From positions 8,585-72,584 of the forward strand of contig CAZIFG010000006.1 in assembly GCA_964539135.1 (NCBI GenBank): a stretch of 64,000 bases of DNA, written 5' to 3'. Below, piece after piece: positions 37,844 to 46,335 of the stretch (positions are counted from its first letter, which is position 1; each line of letters starts with the position of its first letter). The position numbers and the translations under genes are program-made. The notes below the pieces were generated by a model. It had not been told where the DNA came from. It did not search any database and saw only the letters and a list, made by a program, of their open reading frames with translations. Origin of the DNA: an uncultured Rickettsiales bacterium. GTDB lineage: Bacteria; Margulisbacteria; Marinamargulisbacteria; GCA-2716485; CAZIFG01.

Positions 37844-39130
37844 ATGTTAGGACGAGCGAGTGGCGTGGTTTATAAAGCTTTTGGCCTTACGGCTAAGCCT
37901 GCTGTTGCGAGTGATGTTTTTGGGAGAGCGTATAAGCAGGGGGTTCGTAGACGACATAGTGTTTCAGGCGATTCTAGGCCTAGGACTGTTGGGTCTTCTA
38001 GGGCTACTCAGGCTCCTTTTTTTCCTAAGTATGCTTGGGGTGAATGTAAGGGAGAGGCTTCTAGACGAAATAGTGTTTTTGGGGCGTATGAACAGCAACG
38101 GAGTATTGGTTATAAGGCCTTAGCGGCAGAGACTTCGTCTCATTCTAGTAGATCTGATAGGTCGTTTAGGCCATCTACCTTAGAACGTTTAGGGATTGGA
38201 TGGTGTTTTACTGAACGCCTTTTGAATCATCATATTAGCTCTCTTACACCGATTGATTATTTAAGACATAGGATTGTTCAGGATTTGGAGGTTCTGGATA
38301 GAATGAGAGGTGCTTCTGGCGTTCATCTCGTTTCTTTGGCGCAATCTTCACGTGTTTTTTCTGAAATGGCTAGACCTTGCTTGGTTCTTTTTGGGGGAGG
38401 GGGTATTCCTAAAGCACTTTCAGCTCAGTCGGGTCTTCCTACTGTATCTATTTCTAGGAAAGAAAGAGACGTTGATTTTTCTTCTGAGCTCCACTTTAAA
38501 GCCAGTTTAACGCCAGGGGAGCTGACACCTATTCAAAAGCTAGAGCTGGTGGAATCGCTTTCTACCTTTATTGTAGATAATGGTATTAATGACTTAAAAA
38601 TTCTTAATAATGTGGGTCTTTATTCTCAAGATAAGGATTTAGACCAACCTGGAAAACTGTCCTCTACTTTGTTACAAGCGACTAATTCTGGGTATCATCA
38701 AAATCTTGTTGCTATTGTGGATATGGTTGTTCAAAACGTGCTTAGGAAGACAGGGCATTTGATTTCGGTTTCTATTGCAACGATAGGTACTAATTATAGG
38801 ACTTCGGATGATTTTGCACCTTGTCGTGCATTTGCTCAACAAAAAGAAATTTGCGATAGGATCACTCGGCGTAAGGGATATTATGCTCTTACTGTTAATA
38901 CAGGCTTAATTTCTACAGAACAATTTGCAAGATCTGCGGATGCTCTAAAGGAATCGAGCGCTCAATCTGAGAAAGAAGTTGCTGAAACGCTCTGTAATGG
39001 TTTTAAAATTATGAAAGATCTTCAATTATCTGCTTTATCAATGGACACCTATAAGGCGCTTACTCCTGAGCAGTATGAAGTGTTTGCAAAGCGTGAACTT
39101 GCTAGACGAGAAGGCGGACCTGCAGTATAG
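37844..39130 (+). CDS. Hypothetical protein: divergent Rossmann/extended-SDR-like domain with a basic Ser/Arg-rich N-terminal extension (paralog of 33677-34801)
   Basis: 428 aa. LVLFGGGGIP, ILNNVGL, IGTNYRTSDDFAPCRAFAQQKE (F for Y in YxxxK) and VNTGL. The N-terminal 180 aa contain two RRxSV motifs (RRRHSVSG, SRRNSVFG). Strong SD GGAGGGG. Confidence 0.55.
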   Translation: MLGRASGVVYKAFGLTAKPAVASDVFGRAYKQGVRRRHSVSGDSRPRTVGSSRATQAPFFPKYAWGECKGEASRRNSVFGAYEQQRSIGYKALAAETSSHSSRSDRSFRPSTLERLGIGWCFTERLLNHHISSLTPIDYLRHRIVQDLEVLDRMRGASGVHLVSLAQSSRVFSEMARPCLVLFGGGGIPKALSAQSGLPTVSISRKERDVDFSSELHFKASLTPGELTPIQKLELVESLSTFIVDNGINDLKILNNVGLYSQDKDLDQPGKLSSTLLQATNSGYHQNLVAIVDMVVQNVLRKTGHLISVSIATIGTNYRTSDDFAPCRAFAQQKEICDRITRRKGYYALTVNTGLISTEQFARSADALKESSAQSEKEVAETLCNGFKIMKDLQLSALSMDTYKALTPEQYEVFAKRELARREGGPAV

Positions 39131-39145
39131 AGTCGTAAAAAAATA

Positions 39146-39197
39146 GGGGTGTTTAAGATGGCGCTATGCTTAAACACCTCTTTCTGTTTCTTTTTTT
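39146..39197 (+). terminator. Rho-independent terminator
   Basis: GGGGTGTTTAAG-11 nt loop-CTTAAACACCTC forms a 12-bp stem including one G-U pair. It is followed by TTTCTGTTTCTTTTTTT and starts 16 nt after the stop at 39130. Confidence 0.7.
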
Positions 39198-39264
39198 AAT
39201 TCTGTTGAATTTTTAATTAAAATACGTTATTTTTATTTTATATTTTTAATTTCAAGGATTTTTT

Positions 39265-42200
39265 GTGTATAAAATTATCGCATCCCCTTCTTTCGGAAGG
39301 GATTTTGTGCCTTCTGAAGCCCCTCGGGGGCATTGGGATCGTCGCTATGTGCTTTTGGCGCTGGTGCTTCTTTTGTATTTGAGTCTTCTTTATACCGATT
39401 CTTCGGCGAGTGGATTTTTGTTTTTAGCTTTAGCGGGGAGCCAGGGGGCTTTGTCGCCTACGCTTGCATCTGTACCTGTAATGCCCTCTGTTTTGACGTG
39501 TATGCCGAATCCGTTCCTTTCTGAGACCCAAAATTATCTTGATCGTGTATCCAAACAGGCTTATCCTGAGACGATGTGGGATAAGGGGGGCAATATTTTT
39601 GAGTCCCTTTTATTGAATCCGTCTATGGATCAGGGTGTTTTGTTTTCTCGTCTTCTTGTGGATGGAGAATTTCGCACTTTTATGGGGTATTTTCCCAGAG
39701 CGAATTCGCTTAATATTCATGGACTAACATTTTTGGAGATTTCTTTAGATCCATCTTTATCATCCACTGCCATGCTTTCTCAACATGCTTTTCATGTGGA
39801 TTTTTCTTTGTTACAGTGTCCGCAGGGGTTATCTTTTCCGATGGCAACAGCCTGGTCTTTTTTTTCGGGGACGCCTGGTACTGAGCTTATTCCCTTTTTT
39901 AATTTTTTGATGAAGCATGGGGCGGATTTTTTATATCCTTCAAAAACGGATTTACTTGGCATTCGTTTTTTTGAGTCTTCTCCTGTTCCGATTCAAACAC
40001 CGTTTCATTTGTTGATGTATACGTATTCTCGGACTTTGGATCGAGACCTGGAAGCGGTGCTGTCGAGTTTTTTTCAACATCCCATAGAAAAATTCATTGA
40101 TTTTGACAATAGAGAAACCTTACTTGTTATTTTAGATTTGATGCGGAATCATTCCTTTTTTAATCCGAAAATTATTCAGGACTATAAAGGTCGAAATCCC
40201 CATCAGAGGACTATTTGTAGTCTGGAGTTTTCATTTTTTCAACGCGTTAAGGATGAGCGTTCTTCGTTAAGACGGGAGTCTGATCCTGTTCGTTTGGAGG
40301 CGTCTATTCGGAATCTTTGTCGTTCACCCTTTGTGGCTTTGGATGTTGAGCGTTTGGATTATGTTTTGTCCAATGTAGGATTTGGCAATCCGGTTCTGAT
40401 ACGACAGTTGTTGGATTTGGGTGCAGATCCCAATACTGTTCAACTCATGAATATTCAGCCAGATTTAGAACCCTTTGTTGATTCTGTCGTCCTTTATTCG
40501 CCCTATCCTTCTGTTTTAGACTTTAGAGCTTCTCCCCCGTCTAGACATCACATTAGGGAATATTATGGGCCTTTAACTGTATTTGAGTATCATGCTTTAA
40601 CATCCCTGGATGACCCCTCTATTTTAGAGGCTATGTCTCTTTTAGTAGAGAGAGGCGCCAATGTGAATTTCTTATTTGGACTTACCGTTTCGGAACAACA
40701 CACTCTTTTGGATTTTTTTCTTGAACAGGGATTTTTGTCTGGTGCTTTATGGCTTTCTCAGCATGGGGGTGTTTCTCATCGCTTTCCAGATTCTCCGCTT
40801 CCAGAGATTGCTCTTGCTTACGGCCATTATGATTTAGCCCATGCTTTATGGGCGTCTACTTCTTGGTTGCCTATGAAAATTTTCTGCAGAGCTTTGGATT
40901 TGTTGGGTTTGGTTACCTTTTCTGTATTTCTTGGGAAACGTATTGCCGCGCAAAAATCTGCGGCGCTTCAAGCGCATACCGCTTCAGAATCTTTGTTGCG
41001 CGATGGTATTATTGCTCAAAATAAATTGGCGTATCAGCGTTTTGTGGTTACTGCTATTTCAAACCGGTATGCTTCCTTGGAGGTTTCTTTAGATCCATTG
41101 AATCTTGTGCTTCGACAGACTCCTGAAGGGGATCAGATAGGGGGGGGGCGTTATCTTATAAAAGATTCCGATGCTTTTACGCAGGATTGTTTGGATCGTT
41201 TACGTCAGCATTTTAATGATGCCTTTAGAGACCGAGATTGTAGTAAACGGCTCCTTCAGACTCCGGATTTGAATCCTTTGTTTGCTTTAATTGACTCGGA
41301 CTATCGTCAATATTCTTTTCATACTTTTTACGTGCAAGAGCTGAGTCGACTTCAACGTAGGTATGCTTTGATTGTTTCGCGTCCGTGTATTTTTAATCCA
41401 GGCTTGTATGACTGTATTGAACGCATTCGTGACATTATTAAGCCTTCTCGGCGTTTGGCAGGCGATAATTTGCGCTATACGCGGCCTTTTTCAGAACTCC
41501 AACGTAACTGGAGTAACTTGCCCAAACGGCCTGTTTTTGAAGGGGATCTTTTGGGTGTGCTTCGATCTATCGAGGAGGATTTGTCCTACTATAGAACTTT
41601 ATCTTTTGATACAGAAGCGGAGGTTCTTGATTTTAATGATACCTTACAGACTTTGGGGGAGACTCTGACTCGCATGGAGGGTCTTTTACAAGGGTTTCGG
41701 GAGTATGAAGAAAGCGCTAGAGTCCTTTTAGCGGCATCTCACGTTGGATTTTTGGTGTTGTCCTCTTTGCCTTCTCTCTCTTCAAATTTAGATGCTTTGG
41801 GGCAGACTTTAGCGTCTTATGGTGTTGTTCTGTCTGAAATGGGTGGGACGGTTTCTACGTGTACCAGTGCTCAAACGTTGTCGGCTATGAGTGTTTCTAG
41901 TTCGCACGATTTTTTGTGGACTTTGGAGCAGTGTATTGTGGAAATGGTGACCTTTTTTAGAGATAGAGAGTCTTTTGATGAGACAGTTAAACCTATTGTG
42001 AGGGCTAAGGTTTTGCTTCATTTGGGCCCTTTACTTTCTTTGTCTGTGTTTCGAGTGACGGCCTCTAAGTTGGGCTCTATTTTAGCGAAATCTTCAGCGG
42101 CGCGTGCTCAGGCTCATTTGCCGGTTACTTCTACACTTTTGTCGACGAAGCCGCATACGGATTGGCAATCGCATCTTCATGAGGATCCGATTGATTTACG

Positions 42201-42483
42201 GGTGAATGAGGGGTTGTATCGATTACATGAACGATTTTTGGCGTTGGGATTGCCATCTTTAGTGATCCCTGAGGATCTTAAGGCGGCTTTAATTGTGCTT
42301 TTAAGACGCTCTGCACGACATGTGGGGGCGCGTGGGTCGCATATGCGGTATGAGATTGATTATATTATTCCTCATGCTGAAAGTATCATTACTCAAGAGG
42401 GAATTGTGGATCGTTATTTGGCTCTTTCTTGTTTACTTCGGGTTTGGCAATTTAGCGCTTTAGAGGGAGCTTCTCACAAATGA
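39265..42483 (+). CDS. Large hypothetical membrane-associated protein with degenerate ankyrin-like repeats
   Basis: 1072 aa, GTG start with AAGGA SD. N-terminal hydrophobic helix (YVLLALVLLLYLSLLY). ANK-like segments: NPVLIRQLLDLGADPN, PSILEAMSLLVERGANVN, HTLLDFFLEQGFLSGALWLSQHGG, IALAYGHYDLAHALW. A second hydrophobic helix occurs near residue 540. Confidence 0.6.
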   Translation: MYKIIASPSFGRDFVPSEAPRGHWDRRYVLLALVLLLYLSLLYTDSSASGFLFLALAGSQGALSPTLASVPVMPSVLTCMPNPFLSETQNYLDRVSKQAYPETMWDKGGNIFESLLLNPSMDQGVLFSRLLVDGEFRTFMGYFPRANSLNIHGLTFLEISLDPSLSSTAMLSQHAFHVDFSLLQCPQGLSFPMATAWSFFSGTPGTELIPFFNFLMKHGADFLYPSKTDLLGIRFFESSPVPIQTPFHLLMYTYSRTLDRDLEAVLSSFFQHPIEKFIDFDNRETLLVILDLMRNHSFFNPKIIQDYKGRNPHQRTICSLEFSFFQRVKDERSSLRRESDPVRLEASIRNLCRSPFVALDVERLDYVLSNVGFGNPVLIRQLLDLGADPNTVQLMNIQPDLEPFVDSVVLYSPYPSVLDFRASPPSRHHIREYYGPLTVFEYHALTSLDDPSILEAMSLLVERGANVNFLFGLTVSEQHTLLDFFLEQGFLSGALWLSQHGGVSHRFPDSPLPEIALAYGHYDLAHALWASTSWLPMKIFCRALDLLGLVTFSVFLGKRIAAQKSAALQAHTASESLLRDGIIAQNKLAYQRFVVTAISNRYASLEVSLDPLNLVLRQTPEGDQIGGGRYLIKDSDAFTQDCLDRLRQHFNDAFRDRDCSKRLLQTPDLNPLFALIDSDYRQYSFHTFYVQELSRLQRRYALIVSRPCIFNPGLYDCIERIRDIIKPSRRLAGDNLRYTRPFSELQRNWSNLPKRPVFEGDLLGVLRSIEEDLSYYRTLSFDTEAEVLDFNDTLQTLGETLTRMEGLLQGFREYEESARVLLAASHVGFLVLSSLPSLSSNLDALGQTLASYGVVLSEMGGTVSTCTSAQTLSAMSVSSSHDFLWTLEQCIVEMVTFFRDRESFDETVKPIVRAKVLLHLGPLLSLSVFRVTASKLGSILAKSSAARAQAHLPVTSTLLSTKPHTDWQSHLHEDPIDLRVNEGLYRLHERFLALGLPSLVIPEDLKAALIVLLRRSARHVGARGSHMRYEIDYIIPHAESIITQEGIVDRYLALSCLLRVWQFSALEGASHK

Positions 42484-43539
42484 GATTAATGCTGATGGGG
42501 TGTTTGGAATCCCTTGATTTAAAATAGCGTCTTTAAGCTTTTTTTGAATCTGCCCAATTTCTATTCCCTTAAAGCCTATGTCCTGAAGGGCCTTTCCACT
42601 GAGGGCAATGTCTTTGACTTTAAAAAAGGCTTTTTTTTCGTCTAAATGATGGTCTAATAAAGCTGTTATTTCGTGATGTGCTTGTCGTGAAAAGGGCCAT
42701 TTTTTTATCCATTGTTTACAGTCAGTGGGATTTTCTAAATGGAAGGGATGTAAAAAACCAGCCCATCTTTGAATGGTGTTTAGTGTGTTTAAATGGGACC
42801 AATGATGCTCAAAATTTGGCGTGTAGAGTGGGATAAGTCGCATGAGTAGGCCAGTTTCTTGCATGAGCTGGATGGCAGCCCCTGGGTTAGGGTTTGTGAG
42901 TAGTTGATGCATTTCACTGTGGATGCGTTCTTTTGCGGGGAGTGTACAGGTTTTTGAAATGGCGGAGATGGCCCTTTGGCTTTCGATAGAGAGTGTGAGC
43001 CCCAGTTGCCCCATGAATCGGAAGGCGCGAAATAAGCGGAGGCTGTCTTCTTTAAAGCGTTCGAAGGGATTTCCGACGGTTTCTAGTGTTTTGTTTTCGA
43101 GATTTTTTTGTCCGAAAAAAGGGTCTTCTAGTCTATCTTCGATGGGATCATAGGCCATGGCATTGATGGTGAAATCGCGTCGGGACAAATCGGCGCTGAT
43201 GTGACTTTCAAAGGTGATGGTGTCGGGTTTGCGTTGGTCTTTATAGCCGGATTCGGAACGATACGTTGTGACCTCGTATTGTTGCCAGTGTTGAGTTTCA
43301 TTTTGGATGCGGACGGTGATGGTTCCAAATGCTTTTCCTGTGGGGATTGTATGCTCGAATAGCGATTCTATTTGTTCCGGTTTGGCGTTGGTTGTGATAT
43401 CGATGTCATGAATAGGGCGATTGAGAAGGGCGTCTCTCACAGCGCCTCCTACATAATACGCCTCGAAGCCCTCTTTTTTCAGGATTTTACACACCTGGAG
43501 GGCTTCTGGAAATATCTTAAACGTGCTGCTTAGGTTCAT
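42460..43539 (-). CDS. cca: tRNA nucleotidyltransferase (CCA-adding enzyme) / poly(A) polymerase family
   Basis: YYVGGAVRDALLNRPIHDIDITT is the class II nucleotidyltransferase head. RRDFTINAM also present. 359 aa with no HD domain. Confidence 0.8.
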   Translation of the reverse strand: MNLSSTFKIFPEALQVCKILKKEGFEAYYVGGAVRDALLNRPIHDIDITTNAKPEQIESLFEHTIPTGKAFGTITVRIQNETQHWQQYEVTTYRSESGYKDQRKPDTITFESHISADLSRRDFTINAMAYDPIEDRLEDPFFGQKNLENKTLETVGNPFERFKEDSLRLFRAFRFMGQLGLTLSIESQRAISAISKTCTLPAKERIHSEMHQLLTNPNPGAAIQLMQETGLLMRLIPLYTPNFEHHWSHLNTLNTIQRWAGFLHPFHLENPTDCKQWIKKWPFSRQAHHEITALLDHHLDEKKAFFKVKDIALSGKALQDIGFKGIEIGQIQKKLKDAILNQGIPNTPSALISFVRSSL

Positions 43540-43576
43540 GTCTTTTATCCTAAGCGGGACTTTGGTTCTTGTAAAC

Positions 43577-46177
43577 TTATTTTTTACTTTTCTCAGGGGT
43601 GAAGATTATTTTGCCGTCTTTTTCAGATAAGACAATCGTATCCTGAGGGACAATTTCGCCTTTGATTAGGGCCTTGGCTAAAGGCGTTTCTACTAAAGTT
43701 GTGATGATTCTTTTTAGGGGTCTTGCGCCATATTCTGGATCAAATCCTACTTTTGCCAGGTGTTTTTTGGCTTTTTTATCACATTCTAGTGTGATGTCTT
43801 TGTCCTTTAATCGGGTGATTAGATGGGTCAACTGAATTTCAACAATTTTAATGAGATTCTCTTCGGTGAGGGCATTAAAGATAATGATGTCATCAATTCG
43901 ATTTAAAAATTCAGGTCTAAATTGGGACTTTAATTCGGATAGGACGGCGGCTTCTCGTTTTTCAGGTTCCGAAATATTTTGGATGAGTTTACTGCCGACA
44001 TTTGAGGTTAAAATGAGTATGGTGTTTTTAAAATCTACCGATTTTCCTTGGCTGTCTGTGAGGCGGCCTTCATCAAAGACTTGCAGGAGGATATTCATCA
44101 CGTCTGGGTGGGCCTTTTCCATTTCATCCAACAAAATGACCGAATAAGGGCGTCTTCGTACAGCCTCTGTTAATTGACCACCTTCTTCGTGGCCAACATA
44201 TCCTGGAGGGGCGCCTATAAGTCTGGATACGGCGTGTTTTTCCATGTATTCGGACATGTCGATTCTGACCATGTTTTTTTCACTGTCGAATAAAAGTTCG
44301 GCTAAGGATTTTGCGAGTTCGGTTTTTCCTACGCCTGTTGGACCTAAAAAGAGGAAACTGCCTATGGGTTTATTGGGATCGGATAAGCCGGACCTAGATC
44401 TTAAAATGGCATCTGCTACTTTTTGAACGGCATCTGATTGTCCGATGACGCGTTTTTGAAGTTCTTCTTCTGAATGGAGTAGCTTTTCTTTTTCGCTTTC
44501 TCCCAATTTTGATAGGGGAATACCTGTCCACTTTGAAATGATTTCATTGATGTCCTCACTATCTACCGCTTCTTTTAGCATCTTTTTCTCTTTTTGAATG
44601 CCTTCTAATTCTTTTGATTTTAAATTCATTTCTTTTTCATTTTCTGGTATTAATTTATATCTTATTTCAGACACTTTCTCGTAGTTCCCATTTCGTTCTT
44701 CTAGGAGTTCTGTGTGTTTGAGGGTTTCTATTTTTTCTTTTAGGCCTCGAATGGCTTGGATGAGTTCTTTTTCATGATTCCAATGTATTTGGAGGCCTTT
44801 AATCTGGTCTTTTAGTTCCGCAAGTTGGGTGTCAATTTTTTCCAATCGTTTTTTAGACGGAGCGTCCTTGTCGCTTTTTAGGGCTTGTTTTTCAATTTCC
44901 AATTGCGTTACTTTTCGACTGAATTCGTCAATTTCTTCCGGCATGCTGTCAATGCCAATGCGCAATCTGGAGGCGGCTTCGTCGATTAAATCGATGGCCT
45001 TGTCGGGTAAAAAACGTTCGGAAATATAGCGATGGGAAAGTTTGGCGGCTGAAATAATGGCATCGTCTAAAATTTTAATCCCATGGTGAATTTCGTATTT
45101 TTCTTTGAGTCCGCGTAAAATCGCAATGGTGTCATTTACAGAGGGTTCGCCTGTATAGACTTGCTGGAATCGTCGTTCTAAAGCGGAATCTTTTTCAATG
45201 TGTTTTCGATATTCATTGAGGGTGGTTGCGCCGATGCAACTGAGTTCGCCTCTGGCAAGCGCGGGTTTGAGCATGTTGGCTGCATCTACGGCACCTTCAC
45301 TGGCTCCAGCGCCCACGAGTGTGTGAATTTCATCAATAAACAGAATTACACCGCCAGCTTTTTCTTTGATTTCTTTTAGGACGGCTTTGAGTCGATCTTC
45401 AAATTCTCCACGGTATTTAGCGCCTGCAATTAAACTGCCTAAATCGAGGGTTAGGAGCTGTTTGTGTTTTAACAGATCGGGGACATCTCCAGAGACAATG
45501 CGTTGGGCTAAACCTTCGACGATGGCGGTTTTTCCGACGCCAGGTTCTCCAATGAGAACGGGATTGTTTTTGGTTCTTCGGCATAAAATTTGAATGACAC
45601 GTCGAATTTCATCATCACGGCCAATAACGGGATCTAATTTTCCGGCTTGTGCTTTTTCAACTAAATCGACGGTATATTTTTCTAAGGCTTGGAATTTGTC
45701 TTCTGGATCTTGAGAATCCACTTTAGAGTGACCTCTGATTTCTTTTAATACACTTAAAATGGCTTCTTTTTTGAGTCCATTTTCTTTTAAGAGTGTGCCC
45801 ACATCGTCTTTTTCTTGGATTAAGGCCAGTAAGAGATGTTCGCAGCTGATGTACTCATCTTGAAGCGCAGTGGCTTCTTTTTGGGCCATTTGAAAGAGTG
45901 TGTCTGTTTTGGGAGATAGCGTGTTTTGGCTAAATCCACTGACTTTGGGATATTTTTCAAGGGATTTGGTCGCGGAAGCGATTAAAGCAGTCGTGCTTCC
46001 GATTATTTTTTTAATTAAAGGCTGAATGAGGGTATCTTCCGTTTTTAAGAGGGCATTTAGGATATGGATTGGCGCTATTTCTTGGTTTTGATGTGCGGTT
46101 GCGATTTCTTGTGCGTTTTGCAGTACTTCTTGGCTTTTGTGCGTTAATTTGTTGATGTTAATCATGATCTGATGCAC
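43577..46177 (-). CDS. clpB: ATP-dependent chaperone/disaggregase ClpB
   Basis: 866 aa, GTG start. Clp N domain; Walker [10 protein letters not shown] and GPTGVGKTE in the two AAA+ modules; a long coiled-coil middle domain between them; GARPLKR sensor motif. Confidence 0.95.
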   Translation of the reverse strand: MHQIMININKLTHKSQEVLQNAQEIATAHQNQEIAPIHILNALLKTEDTLIQPLIKKIIGSTTALIASATKSLEKYPKVSGFSQNTLSPKTDTLFQMAQKEATALQDEYISCEHLLLALIQEKDDVGTLLKENGLKKEAILSVLKEIRGHSKVDSQDPEDKFQALEKYTVDLVEKAQAGKLDPVIGRDDEIRRVIQILCRRTKNNPVLIGEPGVGKTAIVEGLAQRIVSGDVPDLLKHKQLLTLDLGSLIAGAKYRGEFEDRLKAVLKEIKEKAGGVILFIDEIHTLVGAGASEGAVDAANMLKPALARGELSCIGATTLNEYRKHIEKDSALERRFQQVYTGEPSVNDTIAILRGLKEKYEIHHGIKILDDAIISAAKLSHRYISERFLPDKAIDLIDEAASRLRIGIDSMPEEIDEFSRKVTQLEIEKQALKSDKDAPSKKRLEKIDTQLAELKDQIKGLQIHWNHEKELIQAIRGLKEKIETLKHTELLEERNGNYEKVSEIRYKLIPENEKEMNLKSKELEGIQKEKKMLKEAVDSEDINEIISKWTGIPLSKLGESEKEKLLHSEEELQKRVIGQSDAVQKVADAILRSRSGLSDPNKPIGSFLFLGPTGVGKTELAKSLAELLFDSEKNMVRIDMSEYMEKHAVSRLIGAPPGYVGHEEGGQLTEAVRRRPYSVILLDEMEKAHPDVMNILLQVFDEGRLTDSQGKSVDFKNTILILTSNVGSKLIQNISEPEKREAAVLSELKSQFRPEFLNRIDDIIIFNALTEENLIKIVEIQLTHLITRLKDKDITLECDKKAKKHLAKVGFDPEYGARPLKRIITTLVETPLAKALIKGEIVPQDTIVLSEKDGKIIFTPEKSKK

Positions 46178-46335
46178 TCCTTTTGATGTGTTGATGGTTC
46201 TGCTTTTTAAGATAGCATGTGGCGTGCCATTATCGACTGTTTAATTTTTATACACTTTTTATTTTTTTATGTTTAGATTTTTATTTTTTTGTCGATTTAA
46301 TCTACAGACTTTTTTTTGGGGGGATTTGTTTTTTT

